DNA of 64,000 bases from the NCBI GenBank assembly GCA_020635195.1, contig JACKAG010000002.1, positions 120,671 through 184,670 of the forward strand, in the 5' to 3' direction. Numbering within the stretch: the first letter of the stretch is position 1; each line of letters begins with the position of its first letter. The notes under the pieces were generated by a model that saw nothing but the letters and a program-made list of their open reading frames with translations, searched no databases and was not told the DNA's origin. This document shows positions 27,165-36,390 of the stretch, one piece after another. This stretch comes from Deltaproteobacteria bacterium. Its GTDB lineage: Bacteria; Bdellovibrionota_B; Oligoflexia; Oligoflexales; Bog-1112. The translations under genes were made by a program, and so were the position numbers.

Positions 27165-28757
27165 TCAGGGCCTGCTGAGACAGTCTCCGGGAAAGACAGG
27201 GTCGGGCCCGGGCTCATAATCTGTGATGTAGATATGTGCCTGATCCCATCCAAGCAACTGATTATCTTCATCAAATACTTTTGCTCTGAAATAGTGATTG
27301 CCATCCTGATTCGGTCCTGAGCCGAGGATTGTTTTTTCAAACATGAAGCTGTTTTGGGAGCGTATCATTTCCCGGTCAATGACAGACCAGTAAGCTCTTT
27401 CATTATCAGGGCAGCGGATGAGCCTTTCCAGCTCCAGGGATTTAGCCCGGAGTCCGAAAGTCAGGTTCAGGCGGACGGCATCACCGCTTTTGTAAATCCT
27501 TTTGTTGTCCGGGTGCTCAATTACGGTTTTTCCGCTGAGAGAGTGGCGGTTTCCAATATAAGAGTGGAAGATAATCGGATCAAAGTCAGGAATATCCCCC
27601 CAGGTCAGTGGGGTATTGGCCGGGTTTGTCTGAAAGTGGATTCCGTTTCCTGTTTCGAGGCAGCCGATCCTGGTGATCTGTGGATTGTCATATGCCAGAC
27701 GGTCGCAGATATAGTCTGTCAGAGCATTCAGGTTTCTGAGCTGAAACTCACTGAGCCATAAGGGGTTTGCTGATTTTCTCACGCCATCGCGGATTTTCCC
27801 TGACAAGCCTGTCAGTGCGATCACGACTTCGTCCTGACTGAAATTCATCCTTCCCTGAGAGTCTGTCACAGGAACCGCTTCATCATGGGGGTAGATCTGA
27901 AGGGGCATTTCGGAAATATTGGCAGAAGACGGGACCAGGTAGTGGGCTCCCATCCACATTTTTTTCTCAGACTGGCCATCCCATAGCTGCTCCTCAATGC
28001 ATCCTGAAAAAGAGAGGGGGCAGTGAACGATGCGTATTTTAGTGGGTGTCTGGCTCCGGTGATGGGTTCCCTGGTTGTGCAGGCGCAGAAATCGGGCTGC
28101 ATAGACCTGATTCGGGGAACTGGTGGTCAGGTTCGATAGCTGAAGATGATTGCTGGAAACGGTCCGTAAATTGTCCAGATTTATGGGCGGAGATTCTTCT
28201 CTGAAGGCAATAATGTTATTGTTTTCCGGATCTGTCCAGAGGAAGCCTTTGTTAAGAGCTTCTATCATTTCAATTGCATAGAGAGTTCTGGTGCTGTCGT
28301 CATTCCGGTGAGCTTCCGCCATTGCCCAGATCCAGTTGTATTTTTCTTCGTCTGTCTGAGGAGATGCTTTCAGACCCTGCGGCATTTTCCTGGATAGCCA
28401 GTCGGCATAGGCTGTGATCTGTGAATCAAGCCGGTCTCCGCGAGCTCCGTTATCCAGGCCCAGTGTCTGGCGTGAAAGGCCAAAGGCGCTCTGTAGGCTG
28501 GCAGGTTCCCACTGCCCTTCTGAGCCGGAAGCCAGCGGTTTGATGCCAGATTCAATGTAAGCGCTGGCAATCAGCAGGCGTACCGGAATTCCGGAATGTC
28601 CTGCGGCTTCATCAAAAACCCTCTCTGATACTGAACGGGGATCTTCCTTTTTATCTTCATGGCCATTATCTCCGCAATTTACAGATATGAAAGCAAAAAG
28701 ATACGGTATGAGTCTGAAGCAAAGCGGCTTTTGTTTGAGTGTCGCTGGGATGAACAT
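27165..28757 (-). CDS. secreted/lipid-anchored hypothetical protein (530 aa from ATG 28757)
   Basis: MFIPATLKQKPLCFRLIPYLFAFISVNC signal-like N-terminus. LIASAYIESGIKPLASGS faintly resembles the Glu-Ser motif of lytic transglycosylases. The ORF-track start 28874 adds a non-hydrophobic extension. Confidence 0.45.
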   Translation of the reverse strand: MFIPATLKQKPLCFRLIPYLFAFISVNCGDNGHEDKKEDPRSVSERVFDEAAGHSGIPVRLLIASAYIESGIKPLASGSEGQWEPASLQSAFGLSRQTLGLDNGARGDRLDSQITAYADWLSRKMPQGLKASPQTDEEKYNWIWAMAEAHRNDDSTRTLYAIEMIEALNKGFLWTDPENNNIIAFREESPPINLDNLRTVSSNHLQLSNLTTSSPNQVYAARFLRLHNQGTHHRSQTPTKIRIVHCPLSFSGCIEEQLWDGQSEKKMWMGAHYLVPSSANISEMPLQIYPHDEAVPVTDSQGRMNFSQDEVVIALTGLSGKIRDGVRKSANPLWLSEFQLRNLNALTDYICDRLAYDNPQITRIGCLETGNGIHFQTNPANTPLTWGDIPDFDPIIFHSYIGNRHSLSGKTVIEHPDNKRIYKSGDAVRLNLTFGLRAKSLELERLIRCPDNERAYWSVIDREMIRSQNSFMFEKTILGSGPNQDGNHYFRAKVFDEDNQLLGWDQAHIYITDYEPGPDPVFPGDCLSRP

Positions 28758-28890
28758 GTTCAGGCTCCTCAATATCAGAGATGGGATCGGATTTGTTTTT
28801 TCGCGGCTGTCCGGAAAGGGCGGCCGTGTTTTTTTTTCTGAAAGACTTGCATTTTTTTTCAGTCTGAGGCACATTGCTTTTCAGTCTCGT

Positions 28891-28966
28891 GGGGGTATAG
28901 CTCAGCTGGTAGAGCGTTGGATTTGCATTCCAAAGGTCAGGAGTTCGACTCTCCTTACCTCCACCA
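28891..28966 (+). tRNA. tRNA-Ala (anticodon UGC), CCA encoded
   Basis: Manual cloverleaf fold: acceptor GGGGGTA/TACCTCC with the G3:U70 Ala identity pair; D arm GCTC-AGCTGGTA-GAGC; anticodon arm TTGGA-TTTGCAT-TCCAA; T arm AGGAG-TTCGACT-CTCCT; A73. 76 nt. Confidence 0.92.
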
Positions 28967-29583
28967 GAATGACCTGATCTTTATTATATGATCTCTTCTA
29001 AAGATCTGAAAAGAACCAGATCCTCTTTCATTTTATCACGGCTTACCTGATACATCAGAATAATATAGCATTATCGTATATAACAGCGTGCTGAAGCTGA
29101 CTGTCTCCGATGCAGATATGGTTTTTTGTGATTTTTATCACTGCCAGAGAAAAGGACAGAAGGATTTTGCTGTCTGAAAAAAAAGACACAATCAGAAATA
29201 CTTTTGTGTAGATGGGGCCCGCTGACTCCGTATTTTTCAGCTATGTCTGCACCCAGATAGTGACAATCATTGACCTGGATGATTGAGAGATATCCTTGCC
29301 GGATATAGCAGCATTTTTATGTTTATCCATGACTTTTCCCTTCTCAAGTCCTGCCTGCGGACAGCCGAAGATTATTCTGATCTTTTTTATATGCAGATCG
29401 CCCTGGAATTGTTTTCAGGGGGCATTGTGTTGGCTTGTATCTGCACAGGGTGCGGACGGTCTTTGCTTCACAGGAAGGCTTTGTTTGTTGTCTCCCTTCC
29501 GGGAGGTTGGATTTTGGTGGTGGCACAGTAGATTTCAGACTCTTTTTTTCTGCTCCTGAATGACTGATAGAGGGTAGTGGATC

Positions 29584-31695
29584 GTGAAGACAAAATTTGC
29601 TCTTTTGATATGCATGATATCTGCACTGATTTTTGCGATGTACTCTCTGAATTTCTTCCCCCGTGACTCCTCTCATCCTGAGAACAGAATTCTTCGTTTC
29701 GGTCATGATATGCCTGAAAATTCTCCTCAGCATCAGGGGGCTCTGAAGTTTAAAGAGCTCGTAGAAAAAAAGACAGAAGGTCGTCTTCAGATCCGGATAT
29801 TCCCATCCCAGAAGCTGGGGACGGATGCTGAGATGGTTGATATGGTTCAACGTGGCGATCTGGCTTTTAGCCTTCCTCCGACATCAAAAATTTCTGCTCT
29901 GGACCCTCTTCTTGAAATTTTTGACATCCCATTTCTTTTTAAAAATTCTGAATCCTTATATGAAGAGCTGGACGGGAAAACAGGATCTTCTTTATTTCAG
30001 GGACTCAGGAATCAGCATATTGAAGCTCTGTCAATGTGGGAGTCGGGCTTTAAACATTTTACCGGAAATAAGCCCTTGCTGACACCTTCCGACTTTAATG
30101 GCTTAAGGTTCAGAGTTATGCGTAGTTCTGTCTTAAATGATCAGGCCATCAGTCTGAATGCTTTCCCGGAATTTGTTGATTTTCATAAGCTCAGAGATGC
30201 TCTGATTAGTGGAGTGATTGATTGTGAAGAAAATTCCATTTCATCGATCGTTTCAATGAAGCTATACAACGGACAGAAATATCTGACGATCAGCAATCAT
30301 GGCTATTTAGGTCAGTTATTGATTGCAAGTCAGAAAATTATGGAGACTCTCACAGAAAAAGATAAAGACATTATTTTTACGGCTGCACGTAGTGCTGCTT
30401 ATTATCAGAGGAGTCAGGTCAGAAAAAATGAGGAAATTTTTCTGGATGAGCTGAAACATCAGGGTATCAATATTGTGTCTTTATCTAAAGAGCAAAGATC
30501 AGAGTTTATAAAATCTTTTGCTCCTATCTATTTTGAAAACAGGACCACACTCAGAAAATTTTCAGCATTCATTAATCCTGATATTTTACCGTTTCTGGAA
30601 CCACATATTGTCGTTTTTCTTGATCTCAGCTTTACTTATGAGAACTATGCATCAGCCGTTTCTCTGAAGAGGGGAGCTGAATTAGCTGTTGAAGAAATCA
30701 ATCAAAATGGAGGTCTTTTTGGAAAAAAAATTCTTCTTATGGCAAAAAGCCATGATGGTTTCCCTGCAAGAGGAATTAAAAATATATCAGAGATAAGTAA
30801 AAATCACCATCCTGTTGCAATTCTTGGAGGAATGCATAGCCCCGTCATCCTTGCAGAACAGGAAACCATAAATCAGATAAAAGTGCCGTATCTTGTTCCA
30901 TGGGCTGCGGCAACATCGATTGTCTCGAAATTAAATCCATTTATATTCCGTTATTCTGTTCGTGATTCTGATGCTGGAGAAAAACTCTTACGGATGGCAT
31001 CAAAATCAGGTAAGCATGTTTATCTGCTCTTGGAAGAAACTCCATGGGGCAGGAGCAATGAAAAATCTATATACAAAGCATTAAAAAAAATCAAAGGTAC
31101 GTCTGTTTCAGGAGTCCGATGGTTTAAATGGGGAAAAACTAATTTTAATGATGTTGTTGAGGATATTGTTCAGTCAGAAAGTGATGTTGTTATTTACATT
31201 GGTAATGCACCTGAAGCCGTCCATTTTGTCAGAGGCTTTGTCAATCATCATCTGAATATACCAATTGTCTCACATTGGGGCCTGACTGGTGGAAGGTTCT
31301 GGAATGAAACAAAAGATATTCTGAATCGGGTAAAACTTAATTTTCTTGTCACAAAAGCTGGTCTTCAGAAAAATCCATCACAACGTTTTACTCATTTTAT
31401 GAATCTGTATCATAAGAAATATCATACAGACAGGACACAGCACATTCCCGCGATTTACGGAACGGTCCATGCGTATGAACTCATGAAAATATTGTTTTTT
31501 TCAATGAAGAAGTCTGTATCAGAAAATCCTGAACATATCATGAATGCCATGAGATCAATCAGAGAATATGATGGGATTTATCGAAAGCATACCAACCTTT
31601 TTAATAAAAAAAGTCGTGAGCAGGAGGCTCTGAAAGAATCTGATCTTGCTTTTGGTTATTATAATCATATAGGGAATCTGACTATAGATGAATGA
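29584..31695 (+). CDS. periplasmic fusion of a TRAP DctP-type and a LivJ/Peripla_BP_6-type solute-binding domain
   Basis: aa ~35-335: ILRFGHDMPENSPQHQGALKFKELVEKKTEGRLQIRIFPSQKLG...DIPFLF...GLRFRV...EEN (DctP pattern). aa ~345-700: ENYASAVSLKRGAELAVEEINQNGGLFGKKILLMAKSHDG...AILGGMHS (LivJ pattern). GTG start and signal peptide. Confidence 0.75.
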   Translation: MKTKFALLICMISALIFAMYSLNFFPRDSSHPENRILRFGHDMPENSPQHQGALKFKELVEKKTEGRLQIRIFPSQKLGTDAEMVDMVQRGDLAFSLPPTSKISALDPLLEIFDIPFLFKNSESLYEELDGKTGSSLFQGLRNQHIEALSMWESGFKHFTGNKPLLTPSDFNGLRFRVMRSSVLNDQAISLNAFPEFVDFHKLRDALISGVIDCEENSISSIVSMKLYNGQKYLTISNHGYLGQLLIASQKIMETLTEKDKDIIFTAARSAAYYQRSQVRKNEEIFLDELKHQGINIVSLSKEQRSEFIKSFAPIYFENRTTLRKFSAFINPDILPFLEPHIVVFLDLSFTYENYASAVSLKRGAELAVEEINQNGGLFGKKILLMAKSHDGFPARGIKNISEISKNHHPVAILGGMHSPVILAEQETINQIKVPYLVPWAAATSIVSKLNPFIFRYSVRDSDAGEKLLRMASKSGKHVYLLLEETPWGRSNEKSIYKALKKIKGTSVSGVRWFKWGKTNFNDVVEDIVQSESDVVIYIGNAPEAVHFVRGFVNHHLNIPIVSHWGLTGGRFWNETKDILNRVKLNFLVTKAGLQKNPSQRFTHFMNLYHKKYHTDRTQHIPAIYGTVHAYELMKILFFSMKKSVSENPEHIMNAMRSIREYDGIYRKHTNLFNKKSREQEALKESDLAFGYYNHIGNLTIDE

Positions 31696-33856
31696 ACTGT
31701 ATGATGAAACATCTAAAAAAAATCAGAGCTTTGAAAAAAGGCTCAGAAGAGTTATTTTTCTTCTCATGATAACGGTGTCCTTTTTTTTTACGGGAATCGT
31801 ATCAATTATTTCCGGCAAATATATTTATGATCTCTCGTTAAAATTAGATGATATGACGGTTCAGAATAGTGCAGATACAATATCAAAAATATTAAAAAGA
31901 GCTCTCGAAGATATCCGATTAAGTTCGCGGAATCCTGTTGTTATCAATAGTCTTATTTCTTATGATGAAGAGACATTGTCATTTGTTCTGTCCAGCCTTC
32001 AAAAGAGAATATTGGCAGAATTTGTATCGATTCGTGATTCAGATGGATTACTGATTTTTTCGGTAGATGCGACAGGGCGCAGAGCTTATCCTGAAATGCA
32101 TATGGGATATGAGCATAGATTTCGACTCATTAATGTTGAAAAGGATATTTTTGAAATCAGAGATTATATTGATATTGCTGTTCCTGTAAAATTTTATATG
32201 AAAAATCAAGGTTTTATTGAGGTCGTGATCAACCCAGAAAAACTGTTTTCTGCATATCTGGATACGGATTTTTTATATCAGTTTTCAGCTCAGAAAAAAT
32301 CTGCTCCGGATGGATATCTGATCGGCGCGGTTAATTTTCAGAATCCTGTTTCTGATATGACATCGGATATTATTTTTGAACAATACAGATCAGATCATCC
32401 CTATAAAAAATTAATTTCTGTCATAATTTATTCTCTTATTATTATAACATGTCTTGTTTTTCTTGTTTCTTTTATGATAGCAAAAAATATAGCTGATTAT
32501 TTTATCTCGCCAATCAGAAAGTTAGTCGCACTTATTTCAGGAAGCGATTTACGCCATTATACCAGATGTTCACCAACAGGAGCAGGGCTGGAAATTGAAT
32601 ATCTGGCAAAAGCTTTTGATCGTAGAACAGAGCAGTTGATTGAAAACAATAACTCACTCGAACAAAAAATTCTGGAGCGAACATATGAAATTCAGAAGGA
32701 AAAAGAGAGGGCAGAAAAAGCTCTTTCAATCCGTTCTGAGTTTATCGCGAATATGAGTCACGAAATCAGAACTCCCCTGAATGGAATCCTGGGTGTGGGT
32801 GATATTCTTGCGGAAGAACTGAAGAATTCAGATTCATCAGGAAAAGTAAAAATTTTGCAGCAAAGCGGTGAGCTTCTTCTTTCCATTATCAACGATATCC
32901 TGGATTTCTCTAAACTTGAATCAAAGCAGATGCTTGTTGAAAAAGTTTCTTTTAATCCTCGTTCTCTTATTAAGAACCTGATGGATGCGTTTGAAGATCA
33001 GGCAAACCAGAAAGGGCTTCATTTATCGTTATCTCTTCTTTCTCCTCTTCCGGAACAGTTTTATGGAGATCCAACCAGGATTTTACAGATACTTTTTAAT
33101 TTAACAGGCAATGCAGTCAAATTCACAAAGGAAGGGAGCATTTCTGTTATAGTCTCTGCTGAACAGATAAAATCGGAACGTTACTTTTTCAAAATAAGTG
33201 TAAAAGATACCGGTATTGGCATTCAGGATTCTATGATTCGAAGTTTGTTTAATCCTTTTTATCAGGCAGATGGCTCTATTACCCGCAGGTTCGGAGGGTC
33301 TGGTCTGGGCCTTACAATCTCAAAACAGCTGGCCGAGCTTATGGGTGGGCATATTGAGGTTGAGAGTATTTTTCAACAAGGAACCATCTTTACAGTGACA
33401 CTTCCTTTAGAGCTTTCACATGAGATTCTTTCAGATCAGGCTATGGGTTCTCATACAGCGTTTCATTTCAAAGAAGATATTAAAATTCTTCTTGCAGAAG
33501 ACAATGATGTGAATCGTGAATTGTTTAAGGCATATCTTTCTTCGATCGGACTATCGTGCGAGATTGCTGTTGACGGCTCAGAGGCCGTCAGGATGGCCAA
33601 AAATTATAGTTATGATTTTATTTTTATGGATATGCAGATGCCTGTTATGGATGGAATTACTGCAACCAGAGAGATCAGAAGTCTTCCTGAACATCAGAGG
33701 ACAAAAATTATTGCACTGACAGCAAATGCCTTTAATGAACACAGGCAACGCTGTCTGGATGCAGGTATGGATGATTACCTGAGTAAGCCATTAAAAAAGA
33801 AAAACCTGATTGCTCTTATACAAAAGATGTTTTCCGAATCTAAAGAAGAAAGTTAA
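31688..33856 (+). CDS. hybrid sensor histidine kinase (periplasmic sensor, HisKA, HATPase, receiver)
   Basis: Two TM segments flank a ~210-aa extracytoplasmic region. H-box SHEIRTPLNGI, G-box GSGLGLTIS, receiver DMQMPVMDG. Overlaps the upstream gene by 8 nt. Confidence 0.85.
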   Translation: MNELYDETSKKNQSFEKRLRRVIFLLMITVSFFFTGIVSIISGKYIYDLSLKLDDMTVQNSADTISKILKRALEDIRLSSRNPVVINSLISYDEETLSFVLSSLQKRILAEFVSIRDSDGLLIFSVDATGRRAYPEMHMGYEHRFRLINVEKDIFEIRDYIDIAVPVKFYMKNQGFIEVVINPEKLFSAYLDTDFLYQFSAQKKSAPDGYLIGAVNFQNPVSDMTSDIIFEQYRSDHPYKKLISVIIYSLIIITCLVFLVSFMIAKNIADYFISPIRKLVALISGSDLRHYTRCSPTGAGLEIEYLAKAFDRRTEQLIENNNSLEQKILERTYEIQKEKERAEKALSIRSEFIANMSHEIRTPLNGILGVGDILAEELKNSDSSGKVKILQQSGELLLSIINDILDFSKLESKQMLVEKVSFNPRSLIKNLMDAFEDQANQKGLHLSLSLLSPLPEQFYGDPTRILQILFNLTGNAVKFTKEGSISVIVSAEQIKSERYFFKISVKDTGIGIQDSMIRSLFNPFYQADGSITRRFGGSGLGLTISKQLAELMGGHIEVESIFQQGTIFTVTLPLELSHEILSDQAMGSHTAFHFKEDIKILLAEDNDVNRELFKAYLSSIGLSCEIAVDGSEAVRMAKNYSYDFIFMDMQMPVMDGITATREIRSLPEHQRTKIIALTANAFNEHRQRCLDAGMDDYLSKPLKKKNLIALIQKMFSESKEES

Positions 33857-33874
33857 CAGATATATTTTTGATTT

Positions 33875-34627
33875 TTAATCAAGTAATAATGTGCAGATCA
33901 GAGTGCTCCAGCTTTCAACAAAAAGGCCGGATTTATTTTTTCTTGGACGGTATTTTGCCTGATAGACGGAGTTTAGTACTTTCTGATCCATTCCAAAACC
34001 AATCTTTCTTCTGAGCTTTGCTTTGATGACGGAACCTTTTTTATCAATATAAACATCTACAGGGAATTTTCCTTCGATTTCAGCATCGAGAGCTGCTTCT
34101 GTATATGCAGGAGGTGTATATGATATAAGAATAGCAGGAGATGATAAATCTTCTGTGATTTGATCAACCTTCATCGTCCTGATACCCTGATCCGGGGCCA
34201 GCAATGTATTGCCATAAGGAGCTGAGATTCCCGAAGACTTTGAACTGAAAGATTCTGCTTTGAGCCCCTGTACTACCTTTATTTTTTTGTTTTTTTTAAC
34301 TTTTTCTTTTTTACTCTTTTTATGAGTTGATTTGATTTCAGAAGGCGGCTTTATTTTTTTTTTCACGGATGGCGGAGGTTCAGGGTCTGCCTCTATTTTT
34401 TTTATTTCGGACTCTTTCTGAGGAATGACTTCCGGTGATGTTTTTTTTATTTTTGAGACCGTAATCTTTACAGGCCTCTTATAAGAGGATTCCTTTTTTT
34501 GATGAAGATATCTGTGGTTAAGCAAAAAAAGAAAAGACAAATGAAGCGTTGTCGCGAGGGTGATATTAAAAGTCAGGCCAGAATAAAAAAATCTGCTTAA
34601 CATCTTAGAATGTTTCAGATTCTTCAT
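33875..34627 (-). CDS. TonB-family protein
   Basis: N-terminal TM helix, Lys/Pro-rich spacer (PEPPPSVKKKIKPPSE) and a TonB C-terminal-domain pattern (YTPPAYTEAALDAEIEGKFPVDVYIDKKGSV). Confidence 0.65.
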   Translation of the reverse strand: MKNLKHSKMLSRFFYSGLTFNITLATTLHLSFLFLLNHRYLHQKKESSYKRPVKITVSKIKKTSPEVIPQKESEIKKIEADPEPPPSVKKKIKPPSEIKSTHKKSKKEKVKKNKKIKVVQGLKAESFSSKSSGISAPYGNTLLAPDQGIRTMKVDQITEDLSSPAILISYTPPAYTEAALDAEIEGKFPVDVYIDKKGSVIKAKLRRKIGFGMDQKVLNSVYQAKYRPRKNKSGLFVESWSTLICTLLLD

Positions 34628-34698
34628 CAGTTTTTTATCCGTTTCTTCTGCTCTCCTTTGTCAGGAGTATTGTTCGGTATACTGAGTTTATTTTCTGT

Positions 34699-35667
34699 TT
34701 ATTTATGCTTGTCATCATCATGAAGACAGACACGATTTCTGCCGTTTTTTTTTGCTTTATATAAAGCGGCATCCGCACGGGATATTGCTTCGTTGCCTGA
34801 TTCATATCCGATTTTTATCTGTGACAGGCCAAGGCTCATGGTTACCGGTATGTTTGTTCCGTTAAAAATAAAAGTATCGGCTTCAATTGCCGAACGAAGC
34901 TTTTCTGCTGCCAGAAGAGCTCCTTTGATTTCTGTTGAAGGAAGAATCGCAAGAAACTCCTCTCCACCATATCTGCATAGAATATCAGATTTCCGGAAGT
35001 TCTGCCGGAATATGTGTGCGACCTTCTCAAGAATAAAATCACCAGCCTGATGTCCCCATGTATCATTGACAGATTTAAAATGATCAATATCCGCCATAAT
35101 AATCGATATTTTCTGCTCTGATCCTGGATTGTTGGAAAAATCTCTCAGAGCATTTGGAAGGTATTGTTCAAAATATACGCGGTTATATAATCCTGTTAAT
35201 TTATCTGTAATGGACTGCGTTGCTTTTACTTTATATTTATCCTGAAGATTTGTTTCTGCTGTTACATCACGGATCAGAATAAAGCTTCCGGGAGACTGAT
35301 CCTCGGAAGGGATAGATAAGGGATAGATACCAAGAATCAGATTAAGGCCGCTTCGGTCTTCTGTATCTCCTCTGACTTCATCTATTCTCGTGGGTGTCTG
35401 ATGTGAGAGAATCTGCTGTATACTGAGAGGCTTTCCGGCAATATTCATTGTGATAAGATGATCAAAACTATCTGCTTTGAGTATTTGTCGTGAGCTTTTT
35501 CCTGTCAGGGAAGAAAAAAGCTGATTGCATTTCAGTATCTGACCCGTCTTGTCAACAAGAGCATAGGCATCGAGCAAGGCTTTGCAGAAGTGCTCAAATG
35601 GACGGAAGGCTTCAAGTGCAGGCTTTTCCGATTTTTTTTCTTTTATTTTTCCTGTTGCTCCTGTCAC
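34699..35667 (-). CDS. PAS-GGDEF diguanylate cyclase
   Basis: RYGGEEFLAIL active-site motif, DHFKSVNDTWGH, and an N-terminal PAS-like region. Confidence 0.85.
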   Translation of the reverse strand: MTGATGKIKEKKSEKPALEAFRPFEHFCKALLDAYALVDKTGQILKCNQLFSSLTGKSSRQILKADSFDHLITMNIAGKPLSIQQILSHQTPTRIDEVRGDTEDRSGLNLILGIYPLSIPSEDQSPGSFILIRDVTAETNLQDKYKVKATQSITDKLTGLYNRVYFEQYLPNALRDFSNNPGSEQKISIIMADIDHFKSVNDTWGHQAGDFILEKVAHIFRQNFRKSDILCRYGGEEFLAILPSTEIKGALLAAEKLRSAIEADTFIFNGTNIPVTMSLGLSQIKIGYESGNEAISRADAALYKAKKNGRNRVCLHDDDKHK

Positions 35668-35695
35668 GACAGATACCCTTTTGCTTTAATGAAGA

Positions 35696-36178
35696 CTATT
35701 TAGCGTGATCAAGCCAGCTGAAAAATTCATTTTCAAGCTCTTCCATTTCCATGGTTTCACCACATTTCTGACATGTGATTTCCGGGACTTCTTCATCAGG
35801 ACTTGTCGGGAGGTTTTCTCCTTCGGTAAATAACTGAAGATGCTGAGAATCACAATTCTCACATACGTAGCTTGCAAAAACAGAACGAATATGAGATTTC
35901 CCTCGAAAATTCGGGATCATATTGATCTGGCTTACAATTTCCGGAGGACACTCTTCAAACGTGATATTTCGTGATTTTTCAGCTTCCCTTAGAAAATTAA
36001 TCCAGGCACGAACGCCACAGCTGTTGATAGATGTAACATGTTTCATGTTGAAAACACATGTACTTTCAAGATGTTTTGGAAGTTCGGCAAGAGATACTTC
36101 GGCATCTTCGTTGATCTCTCCGTTGAAGTATACGTACTCTCCGTCGTCTTGTTTTTTGGTCTGAAAGGTCAGGTCCAT
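35696..36178 (-). CDS. STAS-domain protein with C-terminal 4-Cys zinc ribbon
   Basis: VFNMKHVTSINSCGVRAWINFLRE is a STAS-like core. The C-terminus has CENC...(33 aa)...CQKC. Confidence 0.5.
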   Translation of the reverse strand: MDLTFQTKKQDDGEYVYFNGEINEDAEVSLAELPKHLESTCVFNMKHVTSINSCGVRAWINFLREAEKSRNITFEECPPEIVSQINMIPNFRGKSHIRSVFASYVCENCDSQHLQLFTEGENLPTSPDEEVPEITCQKCGETMEMEELENEFFSWLDHAK

Positions 36179-36305
36179 AGGCTTGTTTCATCCTTTGTCA
36201 GCTCAGTGAGGCAAACTTCCACGCGACTGATCGGAAACGATATGTGATTCTTAAGGTCAGACAGGAGATTTTCAGAAAAATTCCTTTGATAGCTATGGGA
36301 TAAAG

Positions 36306-36327
36306 ATTTAACAAAAGTTTGTTAAAT
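36306..36327. promoter_or_regulatory. perfect palindrome atttaacaaa-ag-tttgttaaat (10-bp arms)
   Basis: Read directly from the sequence, in the 212-bp gap upstream of the STAS gene. Confidence 0.45.
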
Positions 36328-36337
36328 AAATAAGGAA

Positions 36338-36349
36338 ATCTTATAAGAT
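36338..36349. promoter_or_regulatory. 12-bp perfect palindrome atcttataagat
   Basis: Read directly from the sequence, 10 nt from the previous palindrome. Confidence 0.4.
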
Positions 36350-36390
36350 CTGTCTGCGATGGAATAGGGGGGGGGTGTCTATTTTACGGT

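Noticed and set aside
28891-28966. First reading of the anticodon loop as GCA (tRNA-Cys)
   Set aside because: Recounting the 5-bp anticodon stem TTGGA/TCCAA puts TGC at positions 34-36. The G3:U70 pair and A73 independently identify it as tRNA-Ala.
28687-28977. 96-aa + ORF covering the tRNA
   Set aside because: The region folds into a canonical tRNA-Ala cloverleaf, so the ORF is incidental.
29510-29535. Sigma54 promoter (TGGCAC at 29514-29519) upstream of the SBP fusion gene
   Set aside because: The -12 element is missing: atttc instead of TTGC at the correct spacing. The match is therefore only the -24 half.
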